From Priapulus caudatus (lineage: Eukaryota): 20,000 bases of DNA. A program made the position numbers and the translations under genes. Positions 1 to 10,367 of this stretch are shown here, piece by piece. The notes below the pieces were generated by a model that had not been told where the DNA came from, did not search any database, and saw only the letters and a program-made list of their open reading frames with translations. The first letter of the stretch is position 1. Each line of letters begins with the position of its first letter. The stretch is taken from assembly GCF_000485595.1 (NCBI RefSeq), contig NW_014577077.1:448576-468575 (forward strand), given 5' to 3'.

Positions 1-1868
1 TAATTTGAATGTCTGCTGAAGTTTGCCACATAGCGTTGCTAGATAAATGTCAGAACAGTAATTTAGATTATTTCATTACGAATGATATCTTTCTATGGTA
101 TTTTTTGCGATAGGGTAAGATAAGGTTCTCTTACGTCCCTATATAAATCGAACTTTAAATAATTTTTATTTGCCAATAATGGTTTTTCATTTTCTTTTTT
201 GCTCTGTGATCAAATCACAGGCACTTGTTGCTTAGGCTGTGTAGCTTCTTTGTGGCAAGCCTTATATTAGGAAAAGCAACAGAGCGGAAGAGTTATATTG
301 ATTTTCGATCAATAAATGGTGCGAGCTCTGATGTTAATATGGTGGAAATAGTGTATATCCCGTTTCTCATTAAGTATCGTGTAAAATTTCTTAAATTGAA
401 ATATACGATTTTTTACGGAAATAAAACTTTAAAGTAAAACAACCTGTGTTGTGGTTTATAATTAAGCATTGATTTTGTTCATGTTTTATCCCGAACTTAG
501 ATAGCGTATCAGTCTTGAAATTCCTGTGTGCGATTGCCTTCGTGTGTTAATTCGATTACCGCAATTCACTATTGTTGACATCGCTTAGTACACATCGGAG
601 AATAATGCCAAGTAAATAACTGCTCGAAGAACTTTCATAATATTTTTCATTGCTTAGTCAGATACATAGTTTGCTATTTTGCTGCAGCTAACACTGAGGT
701 AATAATTATGTAGAAAATGATAGATCTTTTCACATCTACATTTAACAAACATTCGCGGCTTGTCTTGTGTAGTTGTGCTACTTAGTGGGCGACCCTCTTT
801 GAAAATAGTAGCAGTATTGTAAAGAAAATAAAATCTTTTTTTGAAATTTCGATGGAAATTATTATGGAATTCCTCTTTCAGGTTTCTGACGACGTAGTGT
901 AAACTAAAAATATCAAAGTATAGCCTGGGAATGTGCTGCGGAAATATGCGTACGTATGCGCGCATTCAACGTACACACGTGTAAAAATGAGTATTGCATA
1001 ATTCTAAAAAAATCATGAAGTTGCATGCAAAGATCAGTAATTTAGAAACACCGAATAACTAGTAAGAGCTCCAGTGGGCAGTGTCCGACGTGCACCAAAC
1101 ATGACTCATTGTGTAACACCGTTTATGCACACAACGCAAACTATTCTGCATCATATATGTCTTCGGCGATCTCTTAAATTGGCTATGTCACGAATTAGTC
1201 GTCAAACTCCATAAGAGTAGACAAATTGGGTCTTGCCTATTAGCAGACTTTTAACTGATTACTCTGGCACAACAATCATTACAAAATTGTGTCGTTGTTG
1301 GCTATAAAACAGCATATGAACAGTAATCGTGCTCCCGCCATCTTCAGATTCGCGATAATGAGGGATGTTCAAACGGTCCCACAGAACGAGTGCACATACG
1401 TGATGCAGATTTTTATAGACTGGTACCTATTCAGATAGGAGTCCGGTTTCGCGAGAGTAAAAATCACGCGCTAAGTTTGTTGACATATGTAAGCTATGTC
1501 ATTTGAAATGTAGATCGGTGCGCATATTGGTGGAAAGAATGCTGTGCGAGTGTTCTATGACATGTTAGTCTTACTATATGCATTTGGTGTTATGCAAGGA
1601 GTACCGGAAAGTATCAGAACGGTTGAGAAAATATAAAAACGGTTGATAAAAACACGGAAATCCTCGCTTTAAGAAAATCATTCTATTAACAATGGTAAAT
1701 TATAAAAGCATTGCTGTATTTTCTCCGACGGGAAATGTAATATTTCAAGAACCTAACTCGGGGTTTCCGTTGTTTCCCAGTAGGCCGTATCTCACTCTTG
1801 TTCCTTTATGATGGTCTTTGAGCTAGATTGACTGATCGGCTTCGCTTGCCACTGCCCGGTTTGATATC

Positions 1869-1930
1869 ATCAAGAGTGGATAATAGAGATAAAAGAGTGG
1901 ATAATAGAGTCTCTATTATCCACTCTTGAT
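1869..1930. repeat. Short palindromic (hairpin) element, copy 1, with a duplicated left arm
   Basis: ATCAAGAGTGGATAATAGAGA (1869-1889) is the exact reverse complement of 1910-1930. A second arm copy, AAGAGTGGATAATAGAG (1893-1909), forms a perfect 17-bp palindrome with 1911-1927 around one T. TTGATATCATC occurs at both ends (1861-1871, 1926-1936). Confidence 0.85.
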
Positions 1931-1999
1931 ATCATCGATATCATCGATGCACATTCATCGAATCAGATATCAGATATCATCAGATATCATCGAAGCACT

Positions 2000-3119
2000 T
2001 CTGATTTGCTGCTAGCCCAACTATATCCAGAATAATGTCTTTTAACATAGTCATAGACCGTCCTTCTTATCTCTAATCGCCAGATTATTTAAATTTCCCA
2101 TGCCCTTGACGCGATGCTGCTGACTGAGTTGTTGACAGGTTTCCTGCACTGTTATTGGGTGGAGTTTAGAGGTCTGCCAAGCCATTCGACGCTCGTACGC
2201 TGGTTGCGTCTTCTACGCCAGAACCCTCCCGTGCTTCATTGAACTCATTTCTTCACTGTAGCCATTATTCAGTGATGGCATGCCTTGGAAGACACAGCTT
2301 TTCCGTTCCTCTTCCATTCCTAAGGGATTGTTCACCTACTCTAAAAACATCTGACTGTTTAATTTCCTGGCTGCTGCTTCCACGGGTCATAGCTTATCCA
2401 GGACCGTAGCTATAGCGGTGGAGGGGGCAGGACGCAGTTGCCCCCCCCTAGAGAAACGTAGATACATTACATGATCAATGACGGTGACCTTCCCAGAACA
2501 CAAAACGCACGTGGCTTTGCCCCCCCCCCAAGCAAAAGGGTTAGATACGCTCTTGCTATCTGTAGGTTCCTTGTTGTCTTCCCCTGACCGGGTTTGTAGC
2601 TTGTGCCTCCGATCCCTGCCAATATTGTTTTTCATTTCACCACCGCCCTTGTACCTTTTACTGATATCTCTGTTTGTCAACTGTCAAGATTTCTGTGCAG
2701 AGATGCAGTTTCTAATTGCCCATTTTCTCGTACGTCTATGGCCGAAGGAGTTCAATGACATCTCTCTGTTTTTTTTATCCGGAGATACGACTGCCCTGCC
2801 TACCGTGGTTGTTGAGAGGTAGCGGATTTTCCGTGCTTGGATCTTCTTCTTTCGAGGCTAGTGAAGCTTTCGCTATTATCTCATATCTGCTTGCGTGTGA
2901 TGCCAAAATAACGCAAATTATGGTCGGAAAAAAACGCAATTGCCATTCATCAGAATCTTCGCTTTCACTGTGACGTCCTTTCAAGTGGCTTGGCTAGACT
3001 GAATCACGGCAGCGGTCGCAGGAAATATTCTGGCCGTCTTGCTCTTTTTTCTCTTGTATCTTTTTATTCGGTTTTCGGTCTGTAGTCTCATCAGAATGGC
3101 TTACCATAATATTCATCAT
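2000..3119 (-). pseudogene. Possible decayed coding segment (charged/low-complexity protein or retroelement ORF remnant), interrupted by a MITE
   Basis: The minus strand from ATG 3119 reads MMNIMVSHSDETTDRKPNKKIQEKKEQDGQNISCDRCRDSV*PSHLKGRHSESEDSDEWQ...KEEDPSTENPLPLNNHGRQGSRISG* in one frame with sparse stops. The purine-rich composition continues past the MITE. No recognisable domain. Confidence 0.2.
2399..2555 (+). mobile_element. Non-autonomous DNA transposon (MITE), hAT/Tip100-like termini, copy 1
   Basis: 157 bp, starting CAGGACCGTAGCTA and ending TAGATACGCTCTTG (degenerate TIR). It is colinear with 8116-8270, sharing AGAGAAAyGTA, ATGrCGGTsACCTTCC, ACACAAwACGCACGTGGCTTT and GGGTTAGmTACGC. 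Confidence 0.7.
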
Positions 3120-5140
3120 GCTCTAGCTAGCACCTAATGCTCCTGGGGGTGCACAGATACCACAATGTCCGGTATTGTCTCAGACGAGTGTGATCTATGT
3201 GCAGTTGCTAGGTTTCTTTCCGAAATGAGGGTGTCCAATCTCAAAATTCAACTTTTGGGAATTGCATAGACAAACCTACACGCCTGAACTCGCGTGTTGC
3301 AACAGTTTTCTGGACATCGACGTATACTCCTCCATCATACGTTTCTCGCTCCTCCATAAATTATATATTTTATAAATAAAATATATCTCATCGTTTCTCG
3401 GGAAATTTTAAAGTTATATGACCTCTCGCTCGATTAGTTATTTATTTCCCTGATCCAAGTTGAGCCGACTTAAAATTGGGGCCCATAATTTGCTTCATAA
3501 CTGGCCAATATGGCAATAACTAGTTCCATAATTAAGCTGCATGTGACTTGATTCTTTACGTTCCTTACGCTCGTACCCAAAATCCAATTGTGTAGTTCAT
3601 ATGTGTTCGTTTGATGATGACCCGCCATCTTGCTGATAGAGTCCTATGTCTTCATAAACCTCATATGCCCTTTTCCATTTCATTTATGCTCGTTTCTGCT
3701 TGCCCCATGGCGATAGCTTAATCTTACTCACTGTCTCTGACGCTATTTTCTCACCGAGGAGACTGGTTGGTACTAAGAGATCCTTGTGCAGACCGGTGTT
3801 CTTGGAAGTGGCAGAAATTATATTACAATTTTTGTCTTGTCATTTATCTCTATCTGGCCTTGTTTGGACAAAAAGAGAATGGACAGTCACATGCCGTATT
3901 TTTCACCGTTGAATCATCCAATCTTTGCGTCAAGCTACCCGTGGTTGTGGCACCTCTGTCCTGTCATAACTAACGAAGGATCGTAGTAGCAGGCACTAGG
4001 TGTGGCATGCGACACTCTGGGATTTATTGTCAATCTCGCCGACAGATATCGCTGAGACTGCTCAGTTCATGTGCCTTGACTGAGTTCGTAGAGCTTTGTT
4101 TTGCTTTTTTTTTAAAGAATGTTTCGAATTCCGCACGTTGATCTTACAATTTGTATCTTTAGATAATCTTTCAACAAGTCAGGTGCGATGGGACCTGTGC
4201 AGCGAGTATAAACGGACAGACATCGATGTGTGTGGTAAAAACATCCGGTAGAAGAAGGCACACTTTATTCTGGAACTGGAATAATTTATACGTCCGCCAT
4301 AATCAAGACGTGCATTACTAGTACTCAGTAATACAAGGCACGGGTTGTCTCCAGAAGACTGTGGTGTTAGTTTGAGTGTGTAATTTCGAAGAAGCCAATA
4401 GTGATCATACAAAAGTAAATCGACGGGACAGCCAGTGGACAAAAACCTACGGTTGGGAAATACCAAATAAATACTGATGAGTACTATCAGAACTGAGCAA
4501 GTGCTGAATGTGAGAAACAGTATATATCATATTCCAGAATGACGCTGATTTTTTGTCTTATGTCTATGCTATCTGTATAGGACGCAAATCATGATGCTAG
4601 TAATGAACGAAACGGGCCAGTGCGTATAATATAGTTACCCGTGCGCAGAGGGGAATATCAAGTGTGATATTTCCTATAGCGAATCTCTTAGTAAATTATT
4701 AGGGTAACAACCGCAAATCTCACGAACATTATCTACGATAATACTTGCTCGGACAAGACACGCAATTACAGCCTCAAACCATGTTCTCAGAATACACACG
4801 AGTTTATTAGCTGGTACCCCTATTCGTTGTAATACATTCAGGTGGCTTGGCATATACGTGTGTGCGGCTGTACTGACTCCGTAGAACGCAAAATCGTGCA
4901 TGCGTGCTAGGTAACTTGATGATCACACTGGCAGGGATTCCCAGTGGCCGCGAGCGAATGCTGTAGCTTGACGTCTTCTTGTCTAGCTGAAGGAAAAACA
5001 GCCAATCTGGCGCCATTACGACATGAAGGCATTCATCGTTGGGTAAAAACAGTAGCTGATAATTAGACGAACGCGCTCATCAATCTTTAGACTCCTTTCA
5101 ACCTTGACATAGCTGCCGTCAAACATATACATACGTATTA

Positions 5141-5230
5141 CACGCACGCATGCACGCACGGACGCACATACACGCAATAACGCACGCAGGCACCAGGCAA
5201 GCACGCACGCACGCATATATGCATGCGTGT
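5141..5230. repeat. Degenerate (GCAC)n tetranucleotide microsatellite
   Basis: CACGCACGCATGCACGCACG...GCACGCACGCACGCAT seen directly. Confidence 0.8.
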
Positions 5231-7497
5231 ACGTACATCGAATTTCCGCACATCTTTTAATCTTAGTTGACTGTGTCTGCTGCATCGACCGAACCAACGA
5301 AAATCGAGAAACGATCCTAATTCAGTTACGTACATCAACAAACCTTGATATCTGATGCTGCGCGGCGCCCATCTCTTGGAAAGGAGGCTGGGGCAGGAAA
5401 CCCGCTAGTGCTCGCCAGCTAGAAGCGAAACGACTCCATGCTGCAAAAAATATGCTCATTTATGTAATGCTTTCTTACATGACATCCTCGTCGATGCTTC
5501 GGATGCTGTCGAAGCCATCTACGTTACCACGAAGCTAGGTTGTTGAACCATTTGGTCTGGGCTGCGACGCCACCATGACGTTTTTTTTCTTAACAGTTAT
5601 TGCATTCGCATATTAATGGCACCGATGGCCACGGCAGTCTAAAACAACATTATATCATCTGGTCGACTGCTGGAGTCAGCGATCGCGGGGATGGTAGCAT
5701 ATTTAAGCAAAGTCGCTCGATTTTAATTTAACCGCGTGAAAACAGGATCACTCGTTAGGAATTGCAAAGTATCACTTTTAGAATTGTACATTAATCACAA
5801 AAGTGCACAAAATGACAATAATATAAACTATTCGTTTATAGCAAATGGCGTTTTTATGAAGCCATCACCTTTTGCAAATGTATCTATTTGTGTTGATCGT
5901 TTTTCTATATTTATATTGGATAACCAAAAAATACGGCAACTGACTATTTGTCCTTCGTATAGAAGCGAATTAGGCCTACTGGCATTCTCGTGGCAGTAAG
6001 CGAGCTAAAGGGCATCCGTGTTTAATCGCGCATTTATATAGAATGATAGCACGGGGAGCTACTCGCAATATCGTCGATGATTCTGCTGCAGCAGTGACAG
6101 GTTAAACGCCCCTACGGCGCGTCTAGCGGATACAGTCGTATGATCTGTCACCGTAATTAGCACAGCCGACGGGTTATTCGTAGCTACGCAGCTCCGGAAT
6201 GTGATGGAAAATGGCGTACGCCTGACAGTCGCTAACACTCTGATGTCTACTAGTCTCATCGAATATTTAATAAACAAGGCGCTTTTAAAGTGTATGCGTA
6301 TAAAGCCAGCAGAAGCCGCAGTGGACAGACAATGTGTACAGTACGTGCAGCGCAGTCGAGAGCAGGAGCTACGTTGTTGAGCCGTCTCTCTAGCCAAGCA
6401 TTCGTTGATGAACACTTAAATTACATTTGGTAAAACTAGCTGTAGCCACCATTCCTCAAGCATCGCCTGTGACTTGGGTAGCATCTGCTCCAGACAAGAA
6501 ATAGATTACATGATCGTGGGAAGCGCCGGAGAGACAGACATGCTTCCAAATTATCTCTCCCCTCAAAATGCTATTTAAACGAACAGATTGCCGTTGTCAT
6601 GGCAACGCGAGACTTTTTGTCTTACCATAATATTTAACGTGAAAAGGGCAACTTCACATTTATCTAGATTAGATACCGTTCCGGAGTCCTTGCTATCTAA
6701 TCAGGTTACATGGCATTATGGTCGTATACCCCTCCAGCATTTTTATGTCTTTGTTTTATATCAGCTAAAAAGACTTACAGCAACCGCAGTGACGTATGAA
6801 TCGCGAAGAATCATAAAGCTTATATCGAAGCTCCTACAGCGCTCCCTCATCATCTTCACACACCGTAAATTCTTTTGCACGCCGCCTTATGAGAGTATAA
6901 AATTTGGTTAAGATCGGAAAAATCTGCTTTACAAATAAATTACGAAACGTTGCGTATACAGCATATAGAACGTATTAGCTAATGACATCATAAGCGCGGT
7001 TTAATTTTACTTCCTGACAAATGTATTCTAGGCTAAAGATGAAGTACTGCAGGGAAATGTTCCTCCCCAATATTCTTGCAAGTTTTTTTCGGGTGTACTT
7101 TGAATCTTCTATGGGGACCGCAACTGTGAAGCGACTTGCATCTGCGAGAATTTCTAAATCTACGTGGCACTACAACAAATGACAACTGCAGCCGTGCAGC
7201 GTGGCTGGATCATCATCACCATCGTCGCAGCAGCAGAAGTGCTAAGTAGTAATTAAGAGATGTAACTGTACTAAGTACTGAGTAGTAAAGAGGAAACAAC
7301 TGCATGCAGCAGCTGTAGCAGTGGCATTAATGGCAGCAACCGCAACGGTCTCGTTATCAGTAGCAGTGTCACGAAAAAACTATACCTGTATACTACAGGT
7401 ATACAGCGTAACTACACCGCGTATATTTGTGGGAAAATCTTATCAGTACACTCGAATCATATTCTCCACGGCAGTTGCAGCAACTGTAGACGAAGGA

Positions 7498-8106
7498 GCA
7501 GCAGCAGCAGCAGCAGCAGTTACAATACTATTAGCAACAATAGCAGTAGTAGTAGTAGTAGCAGTAGCAGTAAAGAGTAGCAGTAGCAGCAGTAGCAGTA
7601 GCAGCCCGAGTAGCAGTAGCAGCAGTAGCAGTAGAGTAGAAGTAGAGTAGCAGTAGAGTAGCAGTAGCAGCAGTAGCAGTAGCAGCAGTAGCAGTAGAGT
7701 AGCAGTAGCAGCAGTAGCAGTAGAGTAGCAGAAGCAGCAGTAGCAGTAGAGTAGCAGTAGTAGCAGTAGCAGTAGAGTAGCAGTATCAGCAGTAGCAGTA
7801 GAGTAGCAGTAGCAGCAGTAGCAGTAGAGTAGCAGTAGCAGCAGTAGCAGTAGAGTAACAGTAGCAGCAGTAGCAGTAGAGTAACAGTAGCAGCAGTAGC
7901 AGTAGAGTAACAGTAGCAGCAGTAGCAGTAGAGTAGCAGTAGAGTAGAAGTAGAGTAGAAGTAGAGTAGCAGTAGAGTAGCAGTAGCAGTAGAGTAGAAG
8001 TAGAGTAGCAGTAGAGTAGCAGTAGCAGTAGAGTAGAAGTAGAGTAGCAGTAGAGTAGCAGTAGCAGCAGTGGCAGTAGAGTAACAGTAGTAGCAGTAGC
8101 AGTAGC
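7498..8106. repeat. Compound (GCA)n / AGTAGC / AGTAG minisatellite with 26-bp and 39-bp higher-order units
   Basis: (GCA)n starts at 7498. Tandem 26-bp units AGTAGCAGTAGCAGCAGTAGCAGTAG start at 7802, 7828, 7854, 7880 and 7906, the last three with an AGTAAC variant. 39-bp units containing AGTAGAAGTAG lie at ~7950-8060. Confidence 0.95.
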
Positions 8107-8115
8107 GGCAGATTA

Positions 8116-8270
8116 CAGGGCCGTAGCTAGAGGGGGTAAGGGTGCATGTAGTAGCATCTCCCCAGATAAGAGAAATGTAAAAACGGTACATAGTCGATGG
8201 CGGTCACCTTCCTAATACACAATACGCACGTGGCTTTTCTCCCAGGCAGAATGGGTTAGCTACGCCCCTA
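8116..8270 (+). mobile_element. Non-autonomous DNA transposon (MITE), hAT/Tip100-like termini, copy 2
   Basis: 155 bp. TIR CAGGGCCGTAGCTA (8116-8129) vs TAGCTACGCCCCTA (8257-8270) is 12/14 complementary. Homologous along its length to 2399-2555. No clear TSD. Confidence 0.75.
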
Positions 8271-9162
8271 GTTGGAGAAGCAGCACTATAGCAAAAGTAA
8301 AAGCGGAAATAGCAGAAGGAGTGAAACAATGACAACAGTCGTGAGTGACTATTATGTTGTCGAAACATACAAGCAGTATATATGACAAGACACCTAGGTT
8401 ATCATTTATATATTCGATCGAGATTCGATCTTTTCGATTTAGGTTACCCTAACGCAATCGACTCAACAGGATTTTAGTACAGTGGGTATGAGACAACCAT
8501 CTATTTTCTACAGTCAGGAAGTTTGCGCAAACGAATATGTATGATATGCTTTTTACCTCCACGTCAATACGTGTCTGCTGTATCCCAGCTGTAAATTTGG
8601 CACACTTCATCTCACATTTCCCCCGACCTCTGAAAATATAACTTGCCAGTTTAAAAGAAAGTCATCTGGAGGCAGTTAACCACTAAAACGTCTGTGGAAA
8701 GCAGGGGGAGAGGCATCTGCGTGTAGATACAAAACTCCCGTAGCTAGCGCTATCGGCAAGCGAGCACGACTGCACGTGTAACCGCTAACGAAGAAACGAA
8801 CACGCATGATGGCGTATATTTCTGGTTCGTATCACCGCGCCGTCGCATAGAGCTAGCGGAGCTTTTAACAGTTTTATTTGTTTGGTTACTTGAGCACGAC
8901 CAAACTCGGCCTTAAACTTGAATTACATTTAAAACTGTCTTTGGGGGGAATTTTTACGAAAACAATAGTGTCTATTTTAACACAACAGGCAAGCGAACGC
9001 AAGGCAAGGTGGTAACAACGCGCTATTCCGAAGGTTCGTTAGTCCGAAAGTTAACTAGTCCGAAACACTCACAGGGGATGTAGAATTGGCAGGAGGTGTG
9101 TGTGTGGGGGGTATGTTCCGATCCAGATTTCTGTTCAGAAACTCTTTCTTGATATATATAAT

Positions 9163-9214
9163 ATCAAGAGTAGATAATAACACACAATATAGTGTGTTAT
9201 TATCTACTCTTGAT
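9163..9214. repeat. Short palindromic (hairpin) element, copy 2
   Basis: Perfect 23-bp arms, ATCAAGAGTAGATAATAACACAC (9163-9185) and GTGTGTTATTATCTACTCTTGAT (9192-9214), with a 6-nt spacer. The outer 17 bp are 16/17 identical to copy 1. TTGATATATATA occurs at 9149-9160 and 9214-9225. Confidence 0.85.
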
Positions 9215-9546
9215 TGATATATATATGGCAAGTTTCATGTCTATATGCACTACCTAGAAATATTTTAATTTGCTGGTTGAAAACTTTGTGTTTTTAGAAT
9301 TCATCAGAATACATGGGCACAATCCGCCCTGGGACGGGGCCCGGCTGTTAGTATAGCCCCGTTTGGTTACAATGTAAGCATTTTACGGTAATGTGTTTCG
9401 TGCGTATGCCCCATGTTTTGTTTTTTGTTTGAAGTAAAAGTTATGTAAATGTTATTTTCTGTTGCAGAAAAAGAAGAAAATAATAACATTTTTCTGCACA
9501 CTGTGCATATATTTTTATTCCATACAATAACGCCATCTACCAGCAT

Positions 9547-9668
9547 AGACTATGGGACATCTCCTGGAATGCCTCCTATTACCAGAGCCCTGTAGACCTA
9601 TAGACCTTGAGGTTTCCAAACACCGTGCAAGGTCTAGTGTAGTGTCGTTACCCGAGAAGAAGAAGAAG

Positions 9669-9701
<33 letters not shown>

Positions 9702-9854
9702 AAGAAAAAGAAGAAGAAGAAGAAGAAAAAGAAGAAGAAGAAGAAGAAGAAGAAGAAGAAGAAGAAGAAGAAGAAGAAGAAAAAGAAGAAGAAGAAGAAG
9801 AAGAAGAAGAAGAAGAAGAAGAAGAAGAAGAAGAAGAAGAAGAAGAAGAAGAAG
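9547..9854 (+). mobile_element. 5'-truncated non-LTR retrotransposon 3' end (Ingi/Vingi-like) with (AAG)n tail
   Basis: Flanked by ATCTACCAGCAT (9535-9546) and ATCAACCAGCAT (9855-9866), 11/12 identical, read as the TSD. The body translates (Q)TMGHLLECLLLPEPCRPIDLEV, resembling the C-terminal CCHC knuckle motif QTMxHLLxC..P.PC...DL of I-group non-LTR ORFs. It is followed directly by a ~200-bp AAG tail. Confidence 0.65.
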
Positions 9855-9855
9855 A
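9655..9855 (+). repeat. (AAG)n trinucleotide microsatellite, ~67 units with a few AAA/TAA interruptions
   Basis: Seen directly. Confidence 0.98.
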
Positions 9856-10367
9856 TCAACCAGCATGGTGCAAAGTTATGGCTATTGACATCATGCCTTC
9901 CTCCCTCAATCCCTACACATTTATTTATATATAAACATGGTTTGAAACCCAAATATTAAATATTTCTATGAAAATTGACAAAAACCTCCAAAATATGCCC
10001 TAATTGTTTCAAACTAGAAGCTGAGTGGGTGGAGAAATGAAGCGGCTGCAGATGATGTAAAATGGCTACATACTTCGTTTTTTTGCTAAATTATATCAGT
10101 GAAAATGTTTAGTTTTCCCTTCGGACCAGTGCCTCTTCAGATTGACGATCTGTAACCAGGCAAGGTACGTGCTCGCTGCTATAGTCATAAGACTTCTCGC
10201 AAAACACACATTTTTGCACGTCCGTGATTAAATTTCCCCTCTTCCAAGCTTCCATTGCCCATATAGATTATTGAGCTTCTCTGCTAGCTGTTATAATGAC
10301 ATCACTGTACCGTTGACCACTGTTTACACATCAGAACGAATTCCACTGAGGATGTCCATAGGCTCTA

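Larger units (their letters stand above)
9011..10157. mobile_element. Non-autonomous DNA transposon with 9-bp TSD and subrepeat-containing TIRs (Mutator/MULE-like, foldback-type)
   Basis: Exact 9-bp direct repeat AGGCAAGGT at 9002-9010 and 10158-10166. Termini are GGTAACA... and ...TGTAACC. The first 40 bp match the reverse complement of the last 40 bp at 25/40 positions without gaps. CCGAA recurs every 16 bp at the left end (9028, 9044, 9060), and TTCGG/TTCAG lie 16 bp apart at the right end (10120, 10136). Confidence 0.75.

Noticed and set aside
3363..3386. 11-bp AT-only inverted repeat; also short palindromes at 110-142 and 16876-16893
   Set aside because: Low-complexity or imperfect, and expected by chance or local slippage.
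4160..4500. Acceptor-like site followed by coding-looking sequence on the + strand
   Set aside because: Stops in the frames examined and no recognisable domain; cannot be supported without a search.
4470..4525. CTGATGA...GAA resembling a hammerhead ribozyme core (a similar CTGATGA...CGAAA occurs on the minus strand near 3070-3095)
   Set aside because: Stem II does not close correctly onto GAAA and I could not build a stem III/UH cleavage site at either location.
7381..7403. Perfect 10-bp hairpin TATACCTGTA-TAC-TACAGGTATA, superficially like miR-10/miR-993 arms
   Set aside because: Far too short for a pre-miRNA and does not match the mature sequences.
7520..8191. 223-aa Cys/Tyr/Leu-rich ORF (and the poly-Ser ORF at 7321-7650)
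   Set aside because: Translation of the AGTAGC minisatellite; the peptide pattern cycles through reading frames with the 26-bp unit.
9515..9952. Poly-Phe and poly-Leu ORFs
   Set aside because: Antisense translations of the (AAG)n tail.
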